A stretch of 64,000 nt of DNA from Nostoc sp. Its GTDB lineage: Bacteria > Cyanobacteriota > Cyanobacteriia > Cyanobacteriales > Nostocaceae. How positions within the stretch are numbered: position 1 is the first letter of the stretch; the number at the start of each line of letters is the position of its first letter. The position numbers and the translations under genes are program-made. Of the stretch, positions 41,030 through 51,762 are shown in pieces. Under the pieces are notes generated by a model that worked only from the letters and a program-made list of their open reading frames with translations, had not been told where the DNA came from and did not search any database. Location: assembly GCA_036918135.1 (NCBI GenBank), contig JBALDB010000038.1, positions 32,001 through 96,000 on the forward strand, given 5' to 3'.

Positions 41030-42611
41030 ACAACAGAGGGAGGGGTTAACTTCCTTACTCCCTCACTTAATTGCTTTAGCTAGCGGCATTTTAATGGGGT
41101 TAACCGTCGCCCCTGTCGGCGCATGGTTCCTAGCTTGGATTGCCCTAGCTCCCCTCTGGGTGTTGGTTATTACTTCCTCCAAATCCAAAAACCAATCCCC
41201 CTATCTCCCCATCCCCCCCTCCTTCCTCTGGGGTATCGCTTATCACGGTATCGCCCTCTCCTGGATTACGGGAATTCATCCCATGACTTGGTTAGGCGTT
41301 CCTTGGTTGCCGAGTTTAGCAATCACGCTTTTTTGTTGGGGATTCATCAGTGTCTTGGGAGGAATATTCCTGACTATTTGGGCGGCTGTAATGGTTCGTC
41401 TAAGTGGGCAAAAATCCTGGCTACGTATACTGATTGGTACAGCGGTGTGGTGCGGTTTAGAAAGTCTATGGAGTGCTGGGCCTCTGTGGTGGACTTCTCT
41501 TGCTTACACTCAAAGCCCGCATAATCTCGTGATTGTACACCTCGGTCAACTTTCTGGGCCTAATACTGTGACAGCGGCAATAGTTGCCGTGAATGGCTTG
41601 ATTGCTGAAGGATGGATAAACCGTAGAAGTGCAGCGGACACAGAGGTAATTCCTTCTGTGTCTGTGAGGTTATTTAATAAATACTTAGCTACTGCCACCG
41701 GACTATTAATTACTTTACACCTGATAGGTTTTATCTTATACAGCCGTCCCATCGCCCAACCACCAGAAGCAGCGTTAAAAGTGGGGATTGTGCAAGGTAA
41801 TATTCCTAACCGACTTTTGCGGAGTTCCGAAGGGTTTCGTCGTGCCGAAGAAAACTACACCACTGGATATATAACTTTAGCAAATCAAGGTGTAGATGCA
41901 GTTCTGACCGCAGAAGGAGCCTTACCTATTTTCCAGCGTGACTTGATGGCAACTGCCTTAGTTGCAGCAGTGAAAGAAAAAGGAGTAGTTGCTTGGATTG
42001 GGGCTTTTGGCGAACGGGGACGCAGCTATACAATTAGCTTATTTACTTTTGATAGTAAAGGTGAAATAGTCAGCCGCTACGACAAAGCGAAATTAGTACC
42101 TTTAGGAGAATATATTCCTTTTGAAAAAATTTTAGGTGGAATAATTCAGCGGTTATCGCCTCTGGATGCCCATCAAGTTGCTGGTTCAGCCAATCAGGTA
42201 TTTGACACTCCTTTTGGGAGAGCGATCGCTAGTATATGTTATGAATCTGCTTTTGCTGAACAATTTCGCTATCAAGCTGCGGCAGGTGGGCAATTTATCC
42301 TCAGTTCTTCTAACGATGCCCATTACACTCAGTGGATGCCACTCCAGCATCACGCACAGGATATCATGCGGGCAATCGAAACTGATAGATGGTCAGCACG
42401 GGCAACTAATACCGGATATTCTGCTTTTATAGATCCTCACGGGCGGACTTTGTGGATATCTGGATATAACACTTATGAAACTCATGCCCAAACAATTTAT
42501 CGCCGACAAACAAAGACTTTATATGTGCGTTGGGGTGATTGGTTAACACCGTTGTTGTTAATATCCTCTGGAGGATTTTGGCTGTTTGAAAAAGTAAAAA
42601 CTGAAAGGTAA
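41010..42611 (+). CDS. lnt: Apolipoprotein N-acyltransferase
   Basis: Multi-TM N-terminus, [32 protein letters not shown]. Overlaps the gyrA 3' end. Confidence 0.93.
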   Translation: MRKKQSKQQREGLTSLLPHLIALASGILMGLTVAPVGAWFLAWIALAPLWVLVITSSKSKNQSPYLPIPPSFLWGIAYHGIALSWITGIHPMTWLGVPWLPSLAITLFCWGFISVLGGIFLTIWAAVMVRLSGQKSWLRILIGTAVWCGLESLWSAGPLWWTSLAYTQSPHNLVIVHLGQLSGPNTVTAAIVAVNGLIAEGWINRRSAADTEVIPSVSVRLFNKYLATATGLLITLHLIGFILYSRPIAQPPEAALKVGIVQGNIPNRLLRSSEGFRRAEENYTTGYITLANQGVDAVLTAEGALPIFQRDLMATALVAAVKEKGVVAWIGAFGERGRSYTISLFTFDSKGEIVSRYDKAKLVPLGEYIPFEKILGGIIQRLSPLDAHQVAGSANQVFDTPFGRAIASICYESAFAEQFRYQAAAGGQFILSSSNDAHYTQWMPLQHHAQDIMRAIETDRWSARATNTGYSAFIDPHGRTLWISGYNTYETHAQTIYRRQTKTLYVRWGDWLTPLLLISSGGFWLFEKVKTER

Positions 42612-42832
42612 GAGTAAAAGGTGAAAACTGAAAATAGTACTACACGTAAATTAATACGAATTATTCTGACATTTGCTATTCAATAACCGATTCTCTTACC
42701 TGTTCTAAATTATGCAGAGTGTTTAACGACAGAAAACCAAACCCAACTTTTGAAGCAATCACAAGGTTTCTGCGATTGCTTCACTCCGTTCGCAATGACA
42801 ACTGTTTAACCAGACGTGATATCATCTTAACT

Positions 42833-42960
42833 TGCAGTAGTTTGCAAGTAAATAAGGTACAAAACGTAAAACTCACGTATTAAATATAAAGAGTTTTTAT
42901 CTTCTACCTTCTACCTCAAAACCGTAACTTTGTACCTTATGTAAAAGAAAAGTGCTGTAT
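42833..42960. mobile_element. MITE-like element whose right end is shared with 29160-29207
   Basis: GTAACTTTGTACCTYATGTAAAAGAAAAGTGCTGTAT occurs at both loci; inverted AAGGTACA/TGTACCTT pair. Confidence 0.5.
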
Positions 42961-44471
42961 TAAATATCTGTAATAAATCTTGCCTTTCTCAAAAGAAACT
43001 GTAACACTGTTTCTTGAGAAGAAATAATATCTGCTCTACCTTCCATGCCAGATTGAATTGCACAGTGGCGATCGCCAACTCTTAATACTAGCTTTTCTGG
43101 CTGAATAGTTACTTCGTAATTAGCGGCATTTTTATCCTGATTTTGAGATGCTATTGCATCTGGAGAAATGGCACTGACTTTACCTTTCAAAGTTCCATAT
43201 TCAGTGTAGGAACAACCAGAAACCCGCAGTTGTACTTGTTGACCTGTTTCTACTTTGCGGATATCTTGAGATTGCACTAATGCCTTAATTATTAAAGGTG
43301 AATCGTTAGGAGAAATTTGAGCAACAATATCCCCAGAACGCAACACTTGAGAAGAATTACGCAAATTTAATTCCTGAATAATACCAGATGCCGAGGCACG
43401 AATCACTGTATCTGCAATCTCTCGAAGAATTTGTTGTAGTTCTTGTTCATCCCGGCTAAATTGCTTTTGAATTTCTACTTTTTGTTGTAATAATTGCTCT
43501 CGTTCTTGATTTAATTTTCCTAAACTAACTTTACCTGTAGCGCTTTCAGCAGCAATTTTCTCCTGAGAAATTGCTACATCAGCATCACTAGGATTGAGAT
43601 TAACAAATACCGCTTGTAGTTTAGCTGTGGCTGCTTCTACTGCTTGTTGTTGTTGTTGAATTGCTTGTTGTTGTTCTTCTACACTAGCTTTTTGAGATTC
43701 TAAAAGTTGTTCTTGTTGTTCAACAGCTAGCTGTACTTCTTGGAATTGATCCTGAGAAATCGAGCCGGTTTGGAGTAAAGGTTGATATCTGTCTCGCTTG
43801 GCTTTTGCTGCCCTTAGGGAAGCATCGCTAGATTTTAAATTTGCTATTGCTGATTTTAACTGTGTTTGAGTTTTTTGTAATTCCTTGTGAGCTTGGCTTA
43901 AATTTGCTTTAGCTTCCCTGACTTCGGCAATTGAAGTGGTTCGCCTGTCTTGGATATCGCGTTGACTGCGATTGAGTTCAGCTTTAGCTGAAGCGATAAC
44001 TCGGTTGGTGCGATCGCTTTCTGCTACTATTTGCCCATCTAACGCTAAAATTTGAGCATCAATTTGAGATAGTTGCAGTTTAGCTTGCCGAATATTCGTT
44101 TCCAATTGGCTTTTTTGAGTCTGAAGACGATTATCGTCAATCAGGGCAATAATATCTCCTTTTTTCACAGGCTGATTTACCTGTACAGCAATGCTTTTAA
44201 TCGTTCCTTCTGTTGCTGCTTGTACTAAACGCAGTTCTCCAGCAGGGCGAACAGTCGCCGGGACTTTGACTGTAATTTTATATTTAAGAACGCTTGCCAA
44301 AATCAGACTAGCAGCAAAGATAGTTAAGAGAACTATGCCGCCGACAGTTGTCCAATTACTAATAGGCGGTAAGAATTCATTAGGATTAGCTGGGCGCAGA
44401 GAGTCTGGATTAGTTACCTTCTCTGCGTTAGGGTAAGAAATACCAGGTGAAGGTAAGTTTGCATCAGCCAT
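42960..44471 (-). CDS. HlyD family secretion membrane fusion protein
   Basis: Single TM, VNQPVKKGD lipoyl half-motifs, long coiled coil, YGTLKGKVSAISPDA, SGMEGRADI. Confidence 0.92.
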   Translation of the reverse strand: MADANLPSPGISYPNAEKVTNPDSLRPANPNEFLPPISNWTTVGGIVLLTIFAASLILASVLKYKITVKVPATVRPAGELRLVQAATEGTIKSIAVQVNQPVKKGDIIALIDDNRLQTQKSQLETNIRQAKLQLSQIDAQILALDGQIVAESDRTNRVIASAKAELNRSQRDIQDRRTTSIAEVREAKANLSQAHKELQKTQTQLKSAIANLKSSDASLRAAKAKRDRYQPLLQTGSISQDQFQEVQLAVEQQEQLLESQKASVEEQQQAIQQQQQAVEAATAKLQAVFVNLNPSDADVAISQEKIAAESATGKVSLGKLNQEREQLLQQKVEIQKQFSRDEQELQQILREIADTVIRASASGIIQELNLRNSSQVLRSGDIVAQISPNDSPLIIKALVQSQDIRKVETGQQVQLRVSGCSYTEYGTLKGKVSAISPDAIASQNQDKNAANYEVTIQPEKLVLRVGDRHCAIQSGMEGRADIISSQETVLQFLLRKARFITDI

Positions 44472-44711
44472 TTTTGAATTCAATTCTTCAACTGTAATTA
44501 TTTTGACACATAGCTGTTCTTACATGGGTAAGTACAGAAAAAATAATTAACCACAGATGAACTATAGATACTTGTAGGGTAACACAAGTGTGCTACCCTA
44601 CTGCTATACCTCATTCAAATGAGAATCCCTATAAAAGTAAATTTTTTATACTTGGTAAATAGCAAAAAATAGACTTCTGGCAAAAGTACCTAATGACTAA
44701 AGTCGTAGTAC

Positions 44712-44915
44712 TTAAACTGCCCTGAAGTCATCGCTATCCGATGGATACTTGAGCGTTACTGCCGCTCTTCCGCCACTAATTTGTTCTAATTCTTTTTCAG
44801 ATATTTCTTCACAGACTTGCTCCTCTAAAAAGCGAGAAAAGAATGGCATTGCTGATGACTTCAAATCTTGCTCTGGCTTAAAAGCTTTTGCACCAATACT
44901 AGGTTCTACTTTCAT
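44712..44915 (-). CDS. mdnA: Microviridin-type precursor peptide B (single core TLKYPSDSDD)
   Basis: PFFSRFL leader motif, EISEKELEQISGG double-glycine site, TxKYPSD core; GGGAG RBS. Confidence 0.92.
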   Translation of the reverse strand: MKVEPSIGAKAFKPEQDLKSSAMPFFSRFLEEQVCEEISEKELEQISGGRAAVTLKYPSDSDDFRAV

Positions 44916-45003
44916 CTCAAAACTCCCTTGACTATGTAATATTCAAAAACTTGTTGTAATGATTTAACAGTGGATAACACTTGATTTATGCAAACTTATG
45001 TGA

Positions 45004-45966
45004 TTAATTTTGTAAAACCTCAGCGATCGCCTGTGAAATCGGTAAGCCAGGACAGCGTTCCAGCCAGAAAAACTCGCCAACTGGGTTAACCTCAAGAAAT
45101 ACATACCGATTATCAGGAGTCAAAATAATATCAATAGCTCCATAATTTAAACGGAATTCTGCCATAAGTTTGAGCAGTTTCTCTTCAACATCTTCAGGTA
45201 AACTGTATGACTCCCAAGCATCGAGTAAAGCAATTCCCTGTTTGCGCCAATCGTAACGTGCTTTATCCAAAGCTTGAGAATCAACCGCAGCCGTCAGCAC
45301 GCGTTTACCTACAATAATTGTCCGCAACTCCAATGCTTTGGGAATTTTTTCTTGAAATGTCATTGGGCAAAAACGTAAGCCATCGAGGTTATCCAAGTCC
45401 TCAGATGAAATTGGATTTGTAAATACAACTTTTTCTCGTCCTTGTTCATCATAAATAGCAAAGGAAGAGAGCATTTTTGTAATTATTCCCTGCTGACATT
45501 CTTGGGCAAATTGCTTTACTGCCAGTGGATTATTAGTAGTCAAGGTGCGTGGCGTATCTAGACCTATCTTTCTTGCTATTTGTAATTGCAATTGCTTATT
45601 TTCAGCTCGCCGAATATTCGGCAGAGGGTCGAGATGAAAACCTTTGATGCTGGCAATCATTCCCTGAATGGTAACACGAGATTCTTTTAGTGAAGCTTGT
45701 CTGAGTTGCCTATCCATATCAGGAATTTTTGCCCCAATAGCGATACGTCGATACCAAACTGCTGATACCTCATTTAAATCTAATGTTTGGTCATCGACGC
45801 TAAGAGTAACCCGTTCGGTTTCGCCATAATAAACATCTAGCAGTATTTCTGTAGGAAAGCGGTCTGTATCAAAACGAAATGCTTTTCCTCCTTGGGCTTC
45901 AATTGCTTGAATAACTAAAGGAATACTTTCGTTGTCTTGGCTGTGAGTAATGATTAAAACAATCAC
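45004..45966 (-). CDS. mdnC: ATP-grasp omega-ester ligase, MdnC/MvdD family
   Basis: DNESIPLVI, FRFDTDRFPTE, FCPMTFQEKIPKALELR, FLEVNPVGEFFWLE. Likely GTG start at 45966. Confidence 0.92.
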   Translation of the reverse strand: MIVLIITHSQDNESIPLVIQAIEAQGGKAFRFDTDRFPTEILLDVYYGETERVTLSVDDQTLDLNEVSAVWYRRIAIGAKIPDMDRQLRQASLKESRVTIQGMIASIKGFHLDPLPNIRRAENKQLQLQIARKIGLDTPRTLTTNNPLAVKQFAQECQQGIITKMLSSFAIYDEQGREKVVFTNPISSEDLDNLDGLRFCPMTFQEKIPKALELRTIIVGKRVLTAAVDSQALDKARYDWRKQGIALLDAWESYSLPEDVEEKLLKLMAEFRLNYGAIDIILTPDNRYVFLEVNPVGEFFWLERCPGLPISQAIAEVLQN

Positions 45967-46032
45967 GTCGCTTCGCTCCAAATTCAAAATTCAAAATTCA
46001 AAATTAACAACCCTGTAAATTTATAAAGGCTG

Positions 46033-47055
46033 TTAGCTGGTTTTGAATTTTTCAGAAAGAGCATTAAACTTAGGGCTTGTTGAAAGTAGTGCATCAGCGA
46101 TCGCATCGGCAATTGGATAGTCTAAATCTCTCTCTAACATTCCCCACTCTCCTGTGGGATTAATTTCTAAAAAAACATATTCTCCTGATGGTGTTTTAAT
46201 TAAGTCAAATGCTCCAAAAACCAGTCCAAATCTTGCCATAAAAGCATCCAGACAACAAATTAGGTTATCAGGTAATTGATATGGTTGCCAGGTCAAAACT
46301 TCTTTTGTTCCACGTCGCCAATCTTGAGTAGATGCTGCATATCCGGATGCATCTAACGCCCCAACAAACAGATTACCGTTTACATACACTGCGCGTAATT
46401 CTAACTGTTTGGGGATTTGTTCTTGAAATACAACTGGACAATAACGCAGTGTTTCAGCATCAATTAAGTCTTCTTCTTGAACGGCGCTAGTGTACATGAA
46501 AAAAGAAGAGGCTTGCATACCATAAGAAAGAGGTCTAAGCAGCTTGGCAACCATTTTTTTGTTAACTTGGTGAAAAAACTCTCGTGCTTGTTGAGGATTG
46601 TTGGTTACGAGAGTCTGAGGTATCACAAGACCTACTTCCGATGCAATCCGCAGTTGACGTAACTTGTTTTCAGCTGCACTGATGCGCTGTAAATCATCCA
46701 CCCAAGTAGCTGTCCTCAGGCTGTCCCAAAAGCCATCTAAGACAGCGAGTGATTCATTAGAGCAAGCTGCTTGAAACTGTGGAGCTAATTCTTTACCTAA
46801 ATCGGGTTGCCAAATCCGCCGCATCCATACTGCTTGTACTTGCTCGGTGTTAAGGGAGCTTTCTTTATAATTCAGTGTATGATTGCTGCCAGAGTTGCTT
46901 AAATTAGCCTGGAGTTGAACTGCTGTTGGAAACTTATCAGTATCAAGACGAAATGGCTGTGCGCCTCCTTTAGATACAGCTTCGGCAACTCTATCTATTG
47001 TGAAGTAATCACCACTATGGCTGATTAATAAAACTACATCGCGCTCAAGGTGCAT
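46033..47055 (-). CDS. mdnB: ATP-grasp omega-amide ligase, MdnB/MvdC family
   Basis: HSGDYFTIDRVAEA, PFRLDTDKFP, FLEINPTGEWGMLERDL. Confidence 0.92.
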   Translation of the reverse strand: MHLERDVVLLISHSGDYFTIDRVAEAVSKGGAQPFRLDTDKFPTAVQLQANLSNSGSNHTLNYKESSLNTEQVQAVWMRRIWQPDLGKELAPQFQAACSNESLAVLDGFWDSLRTATWVDDLQRISAAENKLRQLRIASEVGLVIPQTLVTNNPQQAREFFHQVNKKMVAKLLRPLSYGMQASSFFMYTSAVQEEDLIDAETLRYCPVVFQEQIPKQLELRAVYVNGNLFVGALDASGYAASTQDWRRGTKEVLTWQPYQLPDNLICCLDAFMARFGLVFGAFDLIKTPSGEYVFLEINPTGEWGMLERDLDYPIADAIADALLSTSPKFNALSEKFKTS

Positions 47056-47145
47056 AAAATATTTTCATTCAGTTTTTGTATTTTCCCCATTGTCAACTTT
47101 TAAGGAAGCAAGATATTAAAAAGGTGAACTTAGTTTTAATGGGAA

Positions 47146-47168
47146 GCCAACCCCATCTAGGGGTTGGC
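47146..47168 (-). promoter_or_regulatory. Perfect 9-bp stem-loop between precursor A and mdnB (mRNA stabiliser or partial terminator)
   Basis: GCCAACCCC-ATCTA-GGGGTTGGC, with no long U tract on the minus strand. Confidence 0.5.
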
Positions 47169-47237
47169 AAAGCTAACAGTATTTTATTGTGATAATTTTT
47201 CAAAACCGCACCATTTGATGTACTCAAAAGTATGCAG

Positions 47238-47528
47238 TTATTCTTCAGGAAAATTATGATCGTCCCCATCTGAAGGATACTTATTAGTATAAGGCTCATC
47301 AGAATCAGAGGGGGCTTTTCTCGTTGCTATTGGGCTATCTTCTTGATCGGATGGAAACTTCAGAGTTTGATCGACTTCATCAGCCTTCTTCTTAGTTACA
47401 CCACACTTTCCACCGCTAAGCGCTTCTGATTCTTCATCAGATAAGTCTTCAAAGCTTTGCCCTTCTAAAAATCGGGCAAAGAAGGGTACTGCTTGTAAAT
47501 TCGGTTCTTCTGGTTTGTTTTCAGGCAT
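47238..47528 (-). CDS. mdnA: Microviridin-type multicore precursor peptide A
   Basis: PFFARFL leader, SEALSGG, cores TLKFPSDQED, TRKAPSDSDE, TNKYPSDGDD plus degenerate TKKKADEVD. Confidence 0.94.
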   Translation of the reverse strand: MPENKPEEPNLQAVPFFARFLEGQSFEDLSDEESEALSGGKCGVTKKKADEVDQTLKFPSDQEDSPIATRKAPSDSDEPYTNKYPSDGDDHNFPEE

Positions 47529-47835
47529 AATTTTTGATTACGGTAAACTAAAGATAAATTTACACTAGTGCCCATGATATTACATAGTATTTCATATATC
47601 AAGTAATAATTTCATCTTAAATTATTCTTAATATTTACATAAAAATACTTATTTACTTATTTACAATTTATTATTAATTGATACTAAATAATATTTCATT
47701 AATAATATCAGACATACAGGAATGCCATTTGATTGCGTGAAAAAATAACTTGCACCTCAAGTAACAAGCAAGAAGCAATTAATACTTTCCCCATCCCTAT
47801 AAATTCACAAATCAAACAGGAGTGCTATAGAAACA

Positions 47836-49980
47836 ATGAAATATCAGATCGTGCTGCAACATAGTGAGGAAGATTGTGGAGCAGCGTGTATTGCCAGTAT
47901 AGCTAAACATTACGGACGTAGTTTTGCGATCGCTCGTGTTCGGGAAGCTGTTGGTACGGGAGCGCAAGGTACAACTCTTGTGGGTTTGAAACGTGGTGCC
48001 CAAAGCCTTGGATTCAACGCCCGTCCAGTCAGGGCTACACCAAAACTAATTGAGAAACTCCATGAAGCACCTCTGCCCGCTATTATCCACTGGAAAGGAT
48101 ACCACTGGGTAGTTTTATATGGAAAAAAAGGTAAAAAATATGTGATTGCCGATCCTAGTAGTGGTATCCGCTATCTGACTCTTGAAGAATTAACTATAGG
48201 TTGGGCAAATTACGTGATGTTACTGTTATTTCCAGATGAAATCCATTTTTATCAACAAGAATCAGATAAAATTACGGGTTTCAGTCGCTTTTTAGCGCGA
48301 GTTTTACCTTATCGGCATATTTTAATCGAAGCAATTTTAATTAACATAGCAATGGGAATCTTTTCCCTTGCAACTCCTTTTTTAATTCAAATTCTCACTG
48401 ATGATGTACTAGTTAGAGGAGATACCCAACTTTTAACCACAGTTGCTATTGGTGTAGTAGCGATAAATCTCTTTACCAGCACGCTAACACTCGTACAGTC
48501 TAACTTAATTGCCCACTTTGCTCAACGCTTAGAATTGGGACTCACTCTCGAATTTGGCAGACAAATTTTACGCCTTCCTCTTACTTACTATGAAGCCCGG
48601 CGTAGTGGTGAAATTGTTAGCCGTCTCCGAGATATTCAAGAAATTAATCAGATGGTTTCCCAAGTCGTTATTGCCATTCCCAGTCAATTTTTTGTGGCGG
48701 CAATTTCACTAGCTTTTATGGTGTTTTATAGTGTTAAGTTACTTGGTTTATCGGTAATAGTTGCATTAATTATGTCTTTATCAACCATCATATTTCTGCC
48801 TACTTTACGGCAAAAAATCCGTAATCTCCTTGTTACACAAGCTGAGAATCAAGGAATACTGGTAGAGATTTTTAAAGGCATACTAACTGTAAAAACTGCT
48901 AATGCCGCCCCCCAAGCTTGGGAGGAAATTCAAAGCCGTTTCGGTAATTTGGCTCATCTAAGTTTTAGTACTATTCAAATTGGTATTATTAATAATGTAT
49001 TTTCGGGATTAGTTTCTGGTTTTGGCAATCTTGCTATACTTTGGTTTGGTAGCAGTCTAGTTATTAATCAAGAATTAAGTATCGGTCAACTGTTAGCATT
49101 TAATGCAATGAATGCTAATTTTAATATATTGATTACTACAATCATTAGTTTTGTAGATGAATTTGCCAGAATCCAGACTGCAACCCAACGGATTACCGAA
49201 GTAATTGAGAGTACGCCTGAAGACCAAAATGAAGAAAAGAAGCCTTGGGCAGTAATCTCTGGTAATACTGATATTATTTGTACTAATATCAACTTCCACC
49301 ATACAGGTAGAGCAGACTTATTACAAGACTTTTCTCTAACTATTCCTGGAGGTAAAGTCACAGCACTGATTGGTAAATCTGGCTGTGGAAAAAGTACTTT
49401 AGCTAAATTAATGGCCGGGTTGTATCCTTTGCAATCAGGTAATATTCGCTTCGGTATTTATAACCAGAAAGATTTATCTTTAGAATGCCGACGACAACAG
49501 GTAGTATTAGTTCCGCAAGAACCCCACTTCTGGAGTCGTTCAATTTTAGAGAATTTTCACTTTAGCTATCCTCAGGCTACATTTGAACAAATAGTTCGGG
49601 CTTGCCAAATTGCTGGTGCTGACGAATTCATCTGCGAATTACCAGATAATTACCAAACTGTATTAGGCGAATTTGGTGTAAATATTTCGGGTGGACAAAA
49701 GCAGAGATTAGCCTTAGCTAGAGCAATAGTTACAGAGCCACCAATACTAATTTTAGATGAATCGACTAGTGCATTAGACCCAATATTAGAATCACAAGTA
49801 TTAGATAAACTTTTACATTACCGAGAAGGTAAAACCACAATTATGATTAGCCACCGTCCGAGAGTTATACTGCGTGCGGATTTTCTTGTTCTATTAGAAA
49901 AAGGACAGTTAAAAATGCAAGGTCTTGTTAAAGAAATGCAACTTCTATCTGGAGAACATTCAGATTTTTTAACTCCGTAA
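47836..49980 (+). CDS. Peptidase C39-containing ABC transporter (PCAT)
   Basis: QHSEEDCGAAC, HWVV and IADP catalytic elements, TM domain, GKSGCGKST, ISGGQKQR, LDESTS. Confidence 0.94.
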   Translation: MKYQIVLQHSEEDCGAACIASIAKHYGRSFAIARVREAVGTGAQGTTLVGLKRGAQSLGFNARPVRATPKLIEKLHEAPLPAIIHWKGYHWVVLYGKKGKKYVIADPSSGIRYLTLEELTIGWANYVMLLLFPDEIHFYQQESDKITGFSRFLARVLPYRHILIEAILINIAMGIFSLATPFLIQILTDDVLVRGDTQLLTTVAIGVVAINLFTSTLTLVQSNLIAHFAQRLELGLTLEFGRQILRLPLTYYEARRSGEIVSRLRDIQEINQMVSQVVIAIPSQFFVAAISLAFMVFYSVKLLGLSVIVALIMSLSTIIFLPTLRQKIRNLLVTQAENQGILVEIFKGILTVKTANAAPQAWEEIQSRFGNLAHLSFSTIQIGIINNVFSGLVSGFGNLAILWFGSSLVINQELSIGQLLAFNAMNANFNILITTIISFVDEFARIQTATQRITEVIESTPEDQNEEKKPWAVISGNTDIICTNINFHHTGRADLLQDFSLTIPGGKVTALIGKSGCGKSTLAKLMAGLYPLQSGNIRFGIYNQKDLSLECRRQQVVLVPQEPHFWSRSILENFHFSYPQATFEQIVRACQIAGADEFICELPDNYQTVLGEFGVNISGGQKQRLALARAIVTEPPILILDESTSALDPILESQVLDKLLHYREGKTTIMISHRPRVILRADFLVLLEKGQLKMQGLVKEMQLLSGEHSDFLTP

Positions 49981-50204
49981 AAGTGACTGGAGATGAGAAG
50001 ATGAGAAGATGAGAAGAATAACTCTTAACTCCCTGCTAGAGATTGAAATACACAGTTTTATTTAAATAACAATCATTCATAAGAATGAAATTTTAATAGA
50101 TAATTTCATACCAAATTAAGTTTAAAAAAACTGTATGAACGATAATTTCCTGATTTTAAAGTGTTTTAATAAAGTTATTACTGAAGTTTTAGAGAGGCGA
50201 AAAC

Positions 50205-50570
50205 ATGAAAGGTTTCAGGAAGCTATCCTCCATAGCATTATTGCTATTTGCCTTTGTGTATCCACCCTCATTAGTACAAGCAAAGGATATTTCTCTAAAT
50301 AATGCTGTTAATGAACAGAGTGTGACGCCAGAGGCTAACCTTGTTGGAAATCGAAAAGCAGAGCTTTTAATTGCTCGACGGCCGTACTCAGGACGATATC
50401 AGATTATCCGACGCCAGTCTCCCAGACGATACCAAAATATCCGACGACGGGAACGCTTTGAACGATACCAAAATATCCGACGACGGGAACGATACCAAAA
50501 TATTCGAGAGCTACAGTTAAGACGGCAACAGGAATTAAGACGACGAGAGTACAGGCGTCAATGGTATTAA
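50205..50570 (+). CDS. Secreted protein with Arg-rich RYQNIRRRE repeats
   Basis: GAGG RBS, Sec-type signal ending VQA, DNA-level repeats at 50393-50507. Confidence 0.72.
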   Translation: MKGFRKLSSIALLLFAFVYPPSLVQAKDISLNNAVNEQSVTPEANLVGNRKAELLIARRPYSGRYQIIRRQSPRRYQNIRRRERFERYQNIRRRERYQNIRELQLRRQQELRRREYRRQWY

Positions 50571-50593
50571 CAACATCCAAGGCAAGATTAATT

Positions 50594-50699
50594 GGCGTTG
50601 AATATTTGCAGGATAGGTAGGAGAGCTTGTCCCTTGTATTTCCGGGGGGGCTTTCCTGCCTATCTCCATATAGAATCATAGCTAGTTTTATGCAACGCC
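50594..50699. mobile_element. MITE with GGCGTTGMATA terminal inverted repeats and near-perfect 8-bp flanking duplication
   Basis: GATTAATT before and GATTAATA after; internal hairpin GATAGG...CCTATC. Confidence 0.65.
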
Positions 50700-50757
50700 G
50701 ATTAATAATTGGTTAGTGGTTAATAGGAAACCACTAACCATTAACTGTTGTCAGATT

Positions 50758-51762
50758 TTAATGACTTGCTACAACCTCTGTTTCCAGGCGAACTAGTCGG
50801 TCTGCCAAAAGTTTTTCAAGGTCTTCTAATGCCTTGGTGAAACCTTTGATGCCCTCGTCTAGTTTTTCATTTGCCATGCGGTCAGCAGCGTGCATCTTGT
50901 CAAAGGTAGCTTTGTCAATGGATAATTTTTCAATTTCCAAGTCTGCTACTTTGGCGGGGTCGAGTTTGCGTGGTAGTTCTCCGATAGTTGCATGTAATTC
51001 TGCCAAAAGCGATGGAGAAATTGTCAACAAATCACTACCTGCAAGTTCAGTTATTTCGCCAACATTCCGGAAGCTAGCTCCCATAACTTCGGTTTTATAG
51101 CTGAATTTTTTGTAGTAGTTGTAGATTTTGGTGACTGACAAAACTCCTGGATCTTCGGCTGCTGGATAGCTATCGCGTCCGGTATCTTTTTTGTACCAGT
51201 CGAGAATCCGACCGACAAAGGGAGAAATTAGGGTGGCATTAGCTTCTGCACAAGCGATCGCTTGGTGCAAACCGAACAACAAGGTAAGGTTACAATGAAT
51301 ACCTTCTTTTTCAAGAATTTCCGCAGCGCGAATGCCTTCCCAGGTAGTGGCAATTTTAATTAGCACGCGATCGCGGCCAATTCCAGCAGCTTTATACTGA
51401 GCAATTAATTCCCGTGCCTTCTCAACGGTCGCTTCAGTGTCATAGGACAAGCGAGCATCCACTTCCGTAGACACGCGACCAGGAATAATTTGCAAAATCT
51501 TCAATCCAAAAGCCACTGCCAGACGCTCAAATGCTAGAGAAGCTATTTGTTCTTGGGTAGCTCCGGCTCCAGCATCTTTTTTTGCCTGAAGTAAAGTCTG
51601 ATCGACAACTTCCTGATATTCTGGCATTTGTGCCGCAGCTGTAATCAAGGAGGGGTTTGTGGTGGCGTCTCGGGGTTTGAACTTTTCAATTGCTTGAATA
51701 TCCCCTGTATCTGCAACCACAACAGTCATTTCTCGCAATTGTTCTAGTAAACTTTTAGACAT
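50758..51762 (-). CDS. tal: Transaldolase
   Basis: [41 protein letters not shown]. Confidence 0.96.
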   Translation of the reverse strand: MSKSLLEQLREMTVVVADTGDIQAIEKFKPRDATTNPSLITAAAQMPEYQEVVDQTLLQAKKDAGAGATQEQIASLAFERLAVAFGLKILQIIPGRVSTEVDARLSYDTEATVEKARELIAQYKAAGIGRDRVLIKIATTWEGIRAAEILEKEGIHCNLTLLFGLHQAIACAEANATLISPFVGRILDWYKKDTGRDSYPAAEDPGVLSVTKIYNYYKKFSYKTEVMGASFRNVGEITELAGSDLLTISPSLLAELHATIGELPRKLDPAKVADLEIEKLSIDKATFDKMHAADRMANEKLDEGIKGFTKALEDLEKLLADRLVRLETEVVASH

